Assembly: GCA_947625825.1 (NCBI GenBank)
Contig: CANQPV010000002.1
Location: 1 to 48,901, forward strand
Direction: 5' to 3'
DNA length: 48,901 nt
Source: an uncultured Clostridia bacterium
Lineage (GTDB): Bacteria; Bacillota; Clostridia; TANB77; CAG-508
The notes beneath the pieces are model-generated. The model did no database searches. It had not been told where the DNA came from and saw only the letters and a program-made list of their open reading frames with translations. Shown here piece after piece: positions 19,991 to 30,138 of this stretch; within the stretch, counting starts at the first letter, position 1, and each line of letters begins with the position of its first letter. The position numbers and the translations under genes are program-made.

Positions 19991-20085
19991 TTAGACCTGT
20001 CCCTAAGTGCTTGAAAATAAGCATTGGGGTCTGGTCCAAGCACCCCCAAAATGAGCAATTGGACCTGTCCCCAATTACTCAAAAT
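19991..20085. repeat. tandem array (about 2.8 units, 34-nt period) of the GACCTGTCCC-type repeat
   Basis: Unit cores are at 19994 (gacctgtccc), 20028 (ggtctggtcc) and 20062 (gacctgtccc). The last unit overlaps the stop codon and last three sense codons of the 20075-20659 gene. Confidence 0.7.
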
Positions 20086-20659
20086 CTTCTAGTACGTCTA
20101 ATAACTGGCTGCTTCCTACTACCTGCATACCTTGTTTAAATTTTTCTATATCTTCTGGTGGTAAATACATTGTTTGAATTTCAGTTTCTTGTTTTAGTGT
20201 TTCTAATCCATCTTTATCTATTGTATATACCGCAAGTACACCATTATTTTCTCTTATAACATAATGTTCTGGGCAAAAGCCTTCGCTTTCCTTATACAAA
20301 GTAACTTTATTACTTGTAAATTCTTCTATATTCCAACCGCTATATTTTTTAGCTAATTCTTCTTTGGTACAATTTATTAAATTTTCCTCTGCCGGAATTT
20401 CATTTCTTATAATATGATCGCAATCTTTAAAATATTGCTTTTCTATAATAATACCATTTGGCGATATTCTTTCTTCTGAAGAAGAAGTAGAAACTAATTC
20501 ATTTTGCAAACTGTTTTGATTATATATTTTTGCAAGTTGTATATTATCTAACATATTACTATCTTTTGTATGTTTCATATTATATACATATATGCCTAAA
20601 AAGATGCTTATAATTAATAATATAACTGCAATAATTCCAATTATCCATTCTTTTCTCAT
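20075..20659 (-). CDS. membrane-anchored protein, possibly a BofC C-terminal-domain-like sporulation protein
   Basis: N-terminal TM segment. The segment EHYVIRENNGVLAVYTIDKDG resembles the motif of clostridial BofC-domain proteins. This assignment is from memory only. Confidence 0.4.
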   Translation of the reverse strand: MRKEWIIGIIAVILLIISIFLGIYVYNMKHTKDSNMLDNIQLAKIYNQNSLQNELVSTSSSEERISPNGIIIEKQYFKDCDHIIRNEIPAEENLINCTKEELAKKYSGWNIEEFTSNKVTLYKESEGFCPEHYVIRENNGVLAVYTIDKDGLETLKQETEIQTMYLPPEDIEKFKQGMQVVGSSQLLDVLEDFE

Positions 20660-20726
20660 TACTAAATTTATCCTCCTTTTTAGTAATTAGTTTAAATTTA
20701 GTATGAGAAATTTTAACAAATTTTAT

Positions 20727-21794
20727 TCATAAAACTATGTAATTGTACTCACAAGCACGTATTAAACGATTAGTAATAGCTAGTCCTAAACCTTCTTCTC
20801 CTACTCCTTCTATAATAACTAAATCAACATTTTCTTTATCTACTTTTCTTAAAAGTGTAAAAATATTTTTTGCAATTTCGTTTAAGTTTTCTCCTATATT
20901 CCATTTTCTTTGCGAAATATATTTATCTAAATTACTTTTTTCTCCTAGTACTAATACTTTTTTTCCTTCTTTATTTATATCATTTGTTATTTCATTTATT
21001 TTATTAATCATTTTTTCTTTATTTTTGCTATAAACCATCATACATTTTGTATTTGGTGCATAATGACGATACTTCATTCCTGGAGATGTAACTGTTTCAT
21101 TTTTTTGTACTTTGCCTAATACATGAGTATCTACATGTACATCTTTTATAACTTCTTCTAATTCTTCTTTTGTAATTTTTCCAGGTCTTAAAATATTAAT
21201 TTGATCATTATTTACTCTAATTACCGTTGATTCAAGTCCAATATCTGAAGAGCCACCGTCTAAAATATATGATACTTTATCTTGTAATTCTTCTATAATA
21301 TCTTCAATCTTTGTACCGCTTGGTCTTCCAGATACGTTAGCACTTGGTGCAGCAATTGGTACCCCTGATTTTTCTATTAATTCTTTAGCAATTTTATTAC
21401 TTGGCATACGAATTCCTACTGTATTTAAGTTTGCAGTTACTGCATTTGGTATTATCTTTTCACTTTTTCTATCAAAAATAATAGTAAGAGGTCCTGGCCA
21501 AAATTTTTCTATTAGTTTTCTTTCCATATTTGTTATTTCTTTTACTATGTTTTCTACCATTTCTATATTAGAAACATGTACAATTAAAGGATTATCTCCT
21601 GCTCTACCTTTTGCCTTAAATATTTTTTTAACTGCAACTTCATCTAATGCATTTGCACCAATTCCATAAACAGTTTCTGTTGGAAATAATACTAAATTTC
21701 CATTTTTTATTTCTTGTGCTGCCTCTACTATTTCTTCTTCTACTATTTTATTTTTTTGATTTGAATATTTTGCCATTTCTATTATTCCCTTCAT
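20727..21794 (-). CDS. tsaC: L-threonylcarbamoyladenylate synthase (Sua5/YwlC type, with C-terminal Sua5 domain)
   Basis: YrdC-fold motifs are present (LFPTETVYGIGANAL, NLTVGIRMPS-like, SANVSGRPS). The 355-aa length fits the long form. Confidence 0.88.
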   Translation of the reverse strand: MKGIIEMAKYSNQKNKIVEEEIVEAAQEIKNGNLVLFPTETVYGIGANALDEVAVKKIFKAKGRAGDNPLIVHVSNIEMVENIVKEITNMERKLIEKFWPGPLTIIFDRKSEKIIPNAVTANLNTVGIRMPSNKIAKELIEKSGVPIAAPSANVSGRPSGTKIEDIIEELQDKVSYILDGGSSDIGLESTVIRVNNDQINILRPGKITKEELEEVIKDVHVDTHVLGKVQKNETVTSPGMKYRHYAPNTKCMMVYSKNKEKMINKINEITNDINKEGKKVLVLGEKSNLDKYISQRKWNIGENLNEIAKNIFTLLRKVDKENVDLVIIEGVGEEGLGLAITNRLIRACEYNYIVL

Positions 21795-22148
21795 TTATTG
21801 TTTTAATTTTTCACATTTTTCAACTTGTTCTCTTATAGCTTTTTCTACGAACTGATTTAATGACATATTAAATTGTTTTGAAAAAAGTGTAGCTTTTTGA
21901 TGTAATAGTGGTTCTATTCTCACATTAAAGCTTCCTTTATATGGCTTGTGTGGATCTTTATTTAAAATTTTACAATCTTCTATATATTCTTCTACTACTT
22001 CTTCAAATTCTTTTTTTAGCCCTTCTACTGAATCAGACTCAAAGGTAATAATGTCTTCTATTCCCTCAATTCTTCCCCAAAATGTAGAAGTTTCATCTTC
22101 ATAATTAATGCTTGCATAGAAATCCTTATATTTCATTAGATTTTTCAT
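21795..22148 (-). CDS. HicB-family antitoxin-like protein (HicB fold plus C-terminal RHH), no hicA partner
   Basis: YKDFYASINYEDETSTFWGRIEGIEDIITFESDSVEGL is a HicB-like N-domain and KGSFNVRIEPLLHQKATLFSKQFNMSLNQFVEKAI is an RHH. I placed the start at ATG 22148 (GGAGGA RBS 6 nt upstream) rather than 22172. The stop abuts the tsaC start. Confidence 0.65.
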   Translation of the reverse strand: MKNLMKYKDFYASINYEDETSTFWGRIEGIEDIITFESDSVEGLKKEFEEVVEEYIEDCKILNKDPHKPYKGSFNVRIEPLLHQKATLFSKQFNMSLNQFVEKAIREQVEKCEKLKQ

Positions 22149-22174
22149 TTTAAATCCTCCAATTTTACTCATAT

Positions 22175-22219
22175 ATTATACTCCTTGTTTTATTATTTTG
22201 CAACTAAATTTTAGTTGCA
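22175..22219 (-). promoter_or_regulatory. putative promoter of the hicB-like gene, overlapped by a perfect 21-bp palindrome (candidate operator)
   Basis: On the minus strand: TTGCAA (22203-22198), a 17-nt spacer and TATAAT (22180-22175). The palindrome tgcaactaaa-t-tttagttgca spans 22199-22219 and covers the -35. Confidence 0.5.
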
Positions 22220-22222
22220 CTA

Positions 22223-24746
22223 TTAATTAATTTGTTTTTTAATTTTTACTTTTCCATTTTTATTTACAGTAATTGATATTTCTCCCATTTCATCTGTTCT
22301 ATATATTATTGAGCCGTAAATTCTTCAAATTTTGTATTGTAATATTACTTGGGTGTCCAAACTTATTATTTTCTCCAACTCCAATTAATGCAATTTTAGG
22401 ATTTACTAATTTTAATAACTCTTCTGCAGAAGATGTTTTTGATCCATGATGTGCTATTTTTAAGATAGTAGAATTTAATATATTAGTGTTTTCATAAAGT
22501 TCTATTAGCCTATTTTCTGCTATTTTTTCTACATCTCCTGTAAGTAACATACTAAAGCTGTTATTGTAGAAAAATTTGGCAACAATCGAATTATTATTTA
22601 GTGTATTTTCAGAAATTAAGTTATTTTCTGGAAATAAAATATTAAAATAACACTCCTTATCAATCTTTATGGTATCTCCTGCTTTTATAGCAATAATGTT
22701 TACTTTTTTATTTTTTATAATTTCTAGTAATTGCTTAAAATTACTAGAAATTTTCCCCTGCTTACTTATAATAATGTTATTTACTTTTATCTTTTCTAAT
22801 ATTGTTAATAAACCGCCACAATGGTCGGAATCAAAATGTGAAAACATAATGTAATCAATTTTCATTATATTTTTATCTAGTAAAAATGGCAGTAATGTTT
22901 TTTCTCCAACGTCAAAACTCCCAAATTCACTCCCTCCACCATCTATTAAAATTGTTTTTCTAGATGGTGTTTCTATTAGCATGCTATCTCCTTGGCCAAC
23001 ATCAATGAAATATATACTTACATTTGAGGTTGGAAACTTTATAAAATATGGAAATATTAGAATTAAAATTTCTATTATTAAAATTAGTTTTTGATATTTT
23101 ATTGAAAAAACTTTTTCTTTTAAATTATAATCTTGCTTACCACTTATTGTTTCTAAGTTTTGCTCGGCTATGATGTTATTAGTTAATTTTTTATTTTGCA
23201 CTATATTTTTTAGTTTATAAGTTAGTAAAATAAAGTAGTAAAGTGCTATTTGCCATAGTTTAGGTGTTGAAATTAAAATTTGAGAATATGGAAGTTTACT
23301 TGTAAAATTTGTAATTTGAATTAAAATTTGCAAAACTGGATTTAAAATGTATGAAATAATAATTGCAATAGGTTTAAATATTAATATAAATACTATAAAA
23401 ATCATTCCTAATATTAGGCTAATTGCAAGTATTGGTGAAACTAAAATGTTTGAAATTAAAAATGTAGCTGAAATTGTATTAAAGTGATATATCATTATTG
23501 GAAGTATAATTAAATTTGCTGAAACTGAGACTTTTATAATTTGTTTTATGTAGTTAAGAATTTTATAAACTAAATTTTCTTTTTTCTCTTTTGCTTTTCC
23601 TTCATTTTTTACTATTTCTAGTTCGTTTTTTAATTCTTTTATTTCATCTTTTTCTACTTCTAGCTTGCTTTTTTCATTATTTTGCATAAATAATATAATT
23701 CCTATTGTGCCCCCAAATGAAAGCTGAAAGCCAATATCTAGCAAAGAATATGGATTTATAAGTAAAATTATAATATTACTAATTGCTAAGTTTTGATATA
23801 TATTTGATTTTCTAAATAATATACTTGCAAATAACGAAATAATAGACATTATACATGCTCTTGTAACAGATGGGCTAAACCCTACTAAAGCCATAAAGAA
23901 TATTAAAAATACAATTACTATTATTTTGCTCCATCTTTTGTGTAATTTAAAAAGCCCCAAAAAAGTAGTAATTCCTAATAATATATATGACACATGTGCT
24001 CCAGAAATAGCAAGTATATGTGAAAGGCTACTTTGCTTAAAATTATTTTGAATTTCTTCTGAAATTAAGCTTTTGTCTCCTAATAAAAGTCCTATGCATA
24101 TTCCTGAAGAATCTTTTGGTAATATTGTTGTAACTTTTTGTATTAAATTATTTTTAAATTTATTAATTATACTTTTAATAAATGGAGCTTTATTTTTTGC
24201 TATTAATATAATTTCTTTTGCATTTACATCTACTGTTCCTGCTACTTTTTTAGTTTTTAAATATTGCATGTAATCAAATCCACCTTCATTTCTACTAACA
24301 GATGGCACTTTATATGTAGTTATAAACTCAATTTCATCTCCATAGTCTAAACAAATATCATTTTCTTTTTTTACATTACATAGTAGATTAAAATTTTTAG
24401 TATATTTTTCTTTGGATTCAATGTTTTCTATTTTTGTAACTTGAATTTCATATACATTCTTATATTCTTTTTCTTCTGGATTAAAAACTATAATGCCCTG
24501 AATTTTTATTTCTTTATTTCCATAAGTTTCATATATGTTTTTATAGTTATTTTCAACTGTTACAGTGTATGTATAAAATAATATAAAGAAAATAAAAAAT
24601 GAAAAAATGTATTTATATTTTTTTGTGCTAATACATAGCAATATGCAAATTATAAAAGCCAATATAAAAAGAGTTATACTTTTTAAGTATAACCCCATAA
24701 TAATTCCTAAAATAGTTCCAATAGAGGCAATTAAAAATACTTTCAT
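22223..24746 (-). CDS. comEC: DNA internalization competence protein ComEC/Rec2 (with MBL domain); needs a +1 shift at the in-phase CGG 22316-22314
   Basis: Polytopic competence domain plus a metallo-beta-lactamase region (FIDVGQGDS, HFDSDHCGG, AHHGS). The zero frame ends ...LKNLRLNNI*. Skipping C22316 gives ...LKNL-GSIIYRTDEMGEISITVNKNGKVKIKKQIN*, the usual ComEC tail (G..vyRTD..G). Confidence 0.85.
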
Positions 24747-24814
24747 TATTAAACCTTTCTATTTGCCCCCATTTTATATTTTATTTACTAAGTTCGCTTT
24801 TAGCTTAGTTTTCC

Positions 24815-26299
24815 TTATATTAATCTAAGTCCTGCATAAAATCTTCCTTTGTACATTGTATTTAAACTAGAAATTGTAACAGTATATGTTGTTGTTGAAG
24901 CATGAATAAAATTTCCATTTCCAAGATAAATTCCACAATGCCCTATTCCTTTTCCTGTTTCATAATCTGTTAAAAATACTATATCTCCTACTTGAAGATC
25001 ACTTTGCTTACTTATTTTTTTACCTTTTCCACTATTATATTGTGCATTTGCACCATGTGCTAAATTAATTCCAAAATGTTTAAATACATACATTGTAAAG
25101 CCTGAGCAGTCAAATGTATTATTTGAACCGTCTCCACCATATACATATTTATAGCCTAGATATTTTTGTGCATATGCAACAATATCTGTACCTTTAGTTT
25201 TATTACTTTCTGTTTCAGTTTTATTGTTTGTAGTACTAGAATTTTTTGACTCTACACTAGTATTTGATTCTTTGTTATCACTTGAAGTTGTATTTGTTTT
25301 TGCAGCTGTAGTACTTGTTTTATTTGAAGTATTGGTGCTTTCTTTTTTAGTAGTAGTTTCATTATTAGTATTTTCTTTACTATTAGATGTAGTTTCTGCT
25401 ACTTTTTCTGTTTCTTCTGTTCTTGAAACTGCACTATTTCTTGATGTTACTGTTTTTGAACTTGATAAATATTCTTTTAATATATACCCTGTATCATCTC
25501 CAGCTTTTACCTTACACCACTCGCCTTCATCTTGTATAATAGTAACTTCTGTATTTAGTGTTACTACTTTTATAATAGAATTACTAGTTCCAGCACCAGT
25601 TCTTAAATTAACTCTGCTTTCATTTACATATGCTGTTTTTTCTGTATTATTTTGTGAACTACTACCCGATACTACTTTTTCTTCTGAAAGAGTATCACTT
25701 CTAACCCAACCACTAATAGAATCTGTTTGCACATAAGACCAACCTGAAACTTCAGTAATAAATATTACTTGTGTTCCGGATTTCATACTTCCTATTTTGC
25801 TTGAATGAATTAATGGTAATAATTTAACATCAGTGTTTTTATTAAACTTTTTATAAGTTATTGTAATTTCATCTTCATCATTATTATTTTGTTGTGAGTT
25901 ATTGTTTTGATTAGTTTGTGTGTTATTTTCTTCTTTTGAATTATTTCCTTGCTCTGAATTAGAATCTAAATTATTATTGTCATTTCCAGTTTGCGTATTT
26001 TGATTATTGTTTGTTTGATTTTCATTATTATCGCCGATTAATTTTGCATAATCTTTGCTGACATATCCTGTATAATTTTTATATTTTACCTTATACCAGT
26101 TATCTTCTTCTCCTAATAGTTCACATTCTACACCTTCTGATAACATGGCTACCACTTCTGTACTAGTAGATGGTCCTTTTCTTACGTTTAAAGTTTCTGC
26201 TGTAACTTTAACAGTTGCTGCATTTGAGCAAATAGTCATCGTACAAATTGCCATTCCTGTAAGTGCACCTGTTAAGACTAGCTTCTTTAGACTTCTCAT
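24815..26299 (-). CDS. secreted cell-wall hydrolase: signal peptide, SH3b repeats, N/T/S-rich linkers, C-terminal NlpC/P60 domain
   Basis: SH3b-like repeats (LNVRKGPSTS..., VNLRTGAGTS...) and an NlpC/P60 catalytic region (FDCSGFTMYVF ... GHCGIYLGNGNFIHAS). Confidence 0.85.
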   Translation of the reverse strand: MRSLKKLVLTGALTGMAICTMTICSNAATVKVTAETLNVRKGPSTSTEVVAMLSEGVECELLGEEDNWYKVKYKNYTGYVSKDYAKLIGDNNENQTNNNQNTQTGNDNNNLDSNSEQGNNSKEENNTQTNQNNNSQQNNNDEDEITITYKKFNKNTDVKLLPLIHSSKIGSMKSGTQVIFITEVSGWSYVQTDSISGWVRSDTLSEEKVVSGSSSQNNTEKTAYVNESRVNLRTGAGTSNSIIKVVTLNTEVTIIQDEGEWCKVKAGDDTGYILKEYLSSSKTVTSRNSAVSRTEETEKVAETTSNSKENTNNETTTKKESTNTSNKTSTTAAKTNTTSSDNKESNTSVESKNSSTTNNKTETESNKTKGTDIVAYAQKYLGYKYVYGGDGSNNTFDCSGFTMYVFKHFGINLAHGANAQYNSGKGKKISKQSDLQVGDIVFLTDYETGKGIGHCGIYLGNGNFIHASTTTYTVTISSLNTMYKGRFYAGLRLI

Positions 26300-26428
26300 A
26301 AAAAAATTTCTCCTTTATTTTGGTACTTTTGTATATGTCATTTGTTGCAATTAAAGTATATAATTAAACCTCAAAAATGTCAATTATTCTACAATATATT
26401 TTAAAATATTATAATTGATAGTACATCT

Positions 26429-28198
26429 TTAGTTTAATACTTTTTGTTGGCTATTATATAATTTATAATAATCTCCTTTTAACCTCATTAATTCCTCATG
26501 TGTTCCAATTTCTGAAATATTTTTTTCTTTAATGAAAAATATTTTATCACTATTTATTATAGAATCTAATCTATGTGCAATTGTAATTACAGTTTTATCT
26601 TTTATTAATTTTTTTGTTAAATTTTGTAGCATTCTTTCAGTTTTTACGTCTATTTTACTTGTTGCTTCGTCAAAAATTAGTATTTTAGGATTATTAATTA
26701 TCGTTCTAATATAACATAATACTTGTCTTTCGCCATCAGATAAATTTTTACCATTTGCATCTAACTTTGTATTGTAACCTTTATCAAAGTTTAAAATCCA
26801 ATTATGTACATTTAATTCTTTACATATTTTAATTACATCTTCATCTGTAATATTTGGCATTCCATATTTTAAATTTTTCATAATACTTGTACTAAACAAG
26901 TAATTTTCTTGTTGCATTATAGATACTTGTTTTCTTAAACAGTTTAATTTTATATTTCTAATATCTATTCCATCTATGAAAATATTGCCACTATTAATAT
27001 CATAAAATCTGCCTATTAAATTAGTAATAGTAGTTTTGCCGCTTCCTGTTAATCCAACAATTGCAATATTTTCTTTAGGATTAATCTTAAATGATAAATT
27101 ATCTAATATGTTATTATTTTCTATATAAGAAAAGCTAACATTTTTAAATTCTATTTTTCCATTTATATTAATACTTATTGCATTTTCTCTATCCTTTATA
27201 TCAATTGGTTCATCAATAGTTTCAAATATTCTTTCTAAATATGTCATTGAATTAATAAATTCATCAAAAGTACTAAATAATTCTTCTATTGGTGTCCAAA
27301 ACTTAGTTGAATAGTTTCCCATTGCAATAATAGTTCCTATTGACGTTTCTGGATATAAGAACATTGCTCCAATAAAATATATGGCTGCATATACAAAATG
27401 TGATATTGTTTGAACACTACACCATCCAATATTACCAATTTTAATGTAATCACAACTTGCCTTTTTCCAGCTATCACTTAAGCTATTAAACACCATTTCA
27501 TTCTTTTCTTCTCTGCAAAAAGCTTGTGTTGTTTCCATTCCTCTTAACGTTTCTAGTAAGTACGCATTAAGATTAGCATTTTTATTATTTATTAATAATT
27601 TATGTCTTCGTTTTATTCTAACTGTAAAGCTAAATATTGTAGAAAGAATTATAATACCTGCTATTACAATTAATGTTAATTTAACATTTGTTGCAAACAT
27701 AAATATTAAAACAATTAGCATATTAAAAAAATTTAAAATAGTTTTAACTAGTTTATCTGTAATTAATGTTGATACATCTTTTGCATATTCTGTTAGTCTA
27801 ACTAATATTTTTCCATGTGGTCTTGTATCATAATATCTAAATGATAAAAATTGTATATGTGCAAATAAATCATTTTTTATATCTTCTACAATGTTTTGAT
27901 TAATTTGTGCTAAAATATAAGAATACTTTTTGGTTAAAAACACCGTTAATAATACTAAAATAGTAGCTATAAAAGCTATATACCATAATTTATATAAATT
28001 ATTTGAAGGAATAATATTATCAATTACATATTGTAGAATTTTAGTAATAAATAAATTTGATATTATTGCTATTAAATTTAGTAAAAATACAAGCATCAAC
28101 TTTGATTTATATCTTTTAACATATATTAAGCCTCTTTTATAGTTAGAAAAACTAAAATTAGTATCTTTTTCATCTACGTCATATTTATTTACTTTCAT
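26429..28198 (-). CDS. ABC exporter, fused permease/ATPase subunit
   Basis: Six-TM domain plus an NBD with Walker A GLTGSGKTT, signature LSDGERQ and Walker B ILIFDEATS. Confidence 0.88.
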   Translation of the reverse strand: MKVNKYDVDEKDTNFSFSNYKRGLIYVKRYKSKLMLVFLLNLIAIISNLFITKILQYVIDNIIPSNNLYKLWYIAFIATILVLLTVFLTKKYSYILAQINQNIVEDIKNDLFAHIQFLSFRYYDTRPHGKILVRLTEYAKDVSTLITDKLVKTILNFFNMLIVLIFMFATNVKLTLIVIAGIIILSTIFSFTVRIKRRHKLLINNKNANLNAYLLETLRGMETTQAFCREEKNEMVFNSLSDSWKKASCDYIKIGNIGWCSVQTISHFVYAAIYFIGAMFLYPETSIGTIIAMGNYSTKFWTPIEELFSTFDEFINSMTYLERIFETIDEPIDIKDRENAISININGKIEFKNVSFSYIENNNILDNLSFKINPKENIAIVGLTGSGKTTITNLIGRFYDINSGNIFIDGIDIRNIKLNCLRKQVSIMQQENYLFSTSIMKNLKYGMPNITDEDVIKICKELNVHNWILNFDKGYNTKLDANGKNLSDGERQVLCYIRTIINNPKILIFDEATSKIDVKTERMLQNLTKKLIKDKTVITIAHRLDSIINSDKIFFIKEKNISEIGTHEELMRLKGDYYKLYNSQQKVLN

Positions 28199-29913
28199 AC
28201 AAGTTCCCCCACTGTATTTGCTTGAATATTAAATAAGTCTCTATAAAAGCCATTATTATTTAATAGCTCTATATGATTACCTTTTTCTACTATCTCTCCA
28301 TTTTTTATAACATATATCATGTCTGCATTTTTTACTGAAAGAATCTTTTGAGCAATAATTATTTTTGTGCATCCATATTCTAAATTATTAATATTATTTG
28401 TTACTTCCAGTTCAGTTTCAAAGTCTAAAGATGATGTTATATCATCTAATATTAATATACTTGGTTTTTTGGCAATTGCTCTTGCTAATGCAAGTCTTTG
28501 TTTTTCTCCTCCAGATAAACTTACTCCATTCTCACCAATAACAGTATTTATTCCATCTGGTAAATCAAATACATAATTTGCTTTTGCAATTTTCAAAAAG
28601 TATTTAATATCATCGCTTGATAAATTTTCATTTCCAAAAGATACGTTATTACTAATGGTATCTGAAAAAAGAAATGGCGTTTGAGAAACATATCCAATAT
28701 TTTTCCTTAATGTTTCTATTGTATAATCTTTAATAGATCTATTATCTATTTTAATTTCACCATTTGAAGTTTCTAATAATCTTAAAATTAGCTTTCCTAT
28801 AGTAGATTTGCCACTTCCAATTTCTCCAATAAAAGCATATGTTTTATTAGGTTCTATAGTTAAATTAATGTCTTTAATTATTTTCCTATTATCAATATCT
28901 AGTTCAACATTTTCAAAACATATACTATTCCAATTTTCAAGCTTAATATTTCCATTATCTTTTATTTTTGGCTCAGTTTCTAATAAAGTTTTCATTTTCT
29001 TTACTGCTACTTTAAATTGTTGCCATTCATTTATAAATCCACTCATTTCTACAAAAGGTCTTTTTATTGTAGTTATAAATGAATTTATTATTATGAAATT
29101 TCCAATACTTATATAGCCCTTTATAACAAATATTGCACCAAAAAAAACTAATAATAGTTCCATAGCATAAGAAAGAGATGTTATTTTTGTATTATAATCA
29201 ATATTTAATTTTTGTATATTAATATTTATGTTTTTTAAGCTTTTATTTTTTTCCTTAAATTCTTTAATTTCATCTTCTTCAGCTCCAAAAGTTTTTACTA
29301 ATCTATTACCTTCAATATTCTCCTGTATATAACTATTTAATTTTGATAAGTTTTCTCTTTCTATACTATATAGTTCATTAGAATTATTTATATATTTATT
29401 TGAAATAACAGCAATAAATAGTGCTGGAATTAAAATAATAAATGTTAAAATTGGATTTATATATAAACAATATAGTGTTGATAAAATACTGCTAACTAAC
29501 ATACTCATTGACTGTTTTATTACATAACACACATTATGATGAATTGTATGTACATCAGTTGTTAAAATAGTACTTAATTCTCCTATGGATTTTTCTTTAT
29601 AAAATGATTGGTCTAATTCATTTAATTTTTTATAACAACTTTTCTTTAATTTGTTTGCAAGATTAAATCTAACTGTATCAATTAATAATATTCCATAATA
29701 GCTAATCATTCTTCCAGTAAAAAACATTGTAACAGATATTATAAACATAATAGGGATTTTTGAAAAATTATTTTGATATAATCCTATATCTATTATATTT
29801 CCAACTAATATAGTTGGTAAAATTTTTGAAGTTGATGCACCTAATACTATTATAAGGTTAGATATCCAATATCTAAAATTGTATTCCTTTATAAATTTTA
29901 ATACCCATTTCAT
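28195..29913 (-). CDS. ABC exporter, fused permease/ATPase subunit (heterodimer partner)
   Basis: TM domain plus an NBD with GEIGSGKST, LSGGEKQR and ILILDDITS. It overlaps the downstream partner by 4 nt. Confidence 0.88.
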   Translation of the reverse strand: MKWVLKFIKEYNFRYWISNLIIVLGASTSKILPTILVGNIIDIGLYQNNFSKIPIMFIISVTMFFTGRMISYYGILLIDTVRFNLANKLKKSCYKKLNELDQSFYKEKSIGELSTILTTDVHTIHHNVCYVIKQSMSMLVSSILSTLYCLYINPILTFIILIPALFIAVISNKYINNSNELYSIERENLSKLNSYIQENIEGNRLVKTFGAEEDEIKEFKEKNKSLKNININIQKLNIDYNTKITSLSYAMELLLVFFGAIFVIKGYISIGNFIIINSFITTIKRPFVEMSGFINEWQQFKVAVKKMKTLLETEPKIKDNGNIKLENWNSICFENVELDIDNRKIIKDINLTIEPNKTYAFIGEIGSGKSTIGKLILRLLETSNGEIKIDNRSIKDYTIETLRKNIGYVSQTPFLFSDTISNNVSFGNENLSSDDIKYFLKIAKANYVFDLPDGINTVIGENGVSLSGGEKQRLALARAIAKKPSILILDDITSSLDFETELEVTNNINNLEYGCTKIIIAQKILSVKNADMIYVIKNGEIVEKGNHIELLNNNGFYRDLFNIQANTVGELV

Positions 29914-30078
29914 TTATGTTTTATATCTCCATTTTTCTAAATACTTTTATTATCGTTAGTAATTTTAACATAAAAAAATATTTATGGCAATTTCAATTTA
30001 TATATAATTTATTTTTTCTAGTTATAATATTTAAATGTTCTTTATTTTAAGTATTAAAATATTTAATTTAACATATAA

Positions 30079-30118
30079 AAATAGCAAGTTCCTACATTGC
30101 TTGTAAGCCTTGCTATTT
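30079..30118 (-). terminator. hairpin downstream of tuf (putative terminator)
   Basis: aaatagcaag ... cttgctattt arms, about 20 nt after the tuf stop. Confidence 0.5.
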
Positions 30119-30138
30119 ATATATTTTACTTAAATTAA

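Noticed and set aside
19991-20085. The 34-nt tandem repeats as a possible CRISPR array.
   Set aside because: The units are directly adjacent with no spacers, there are only about 3 degenerate units, and no cas genes are present in the window.
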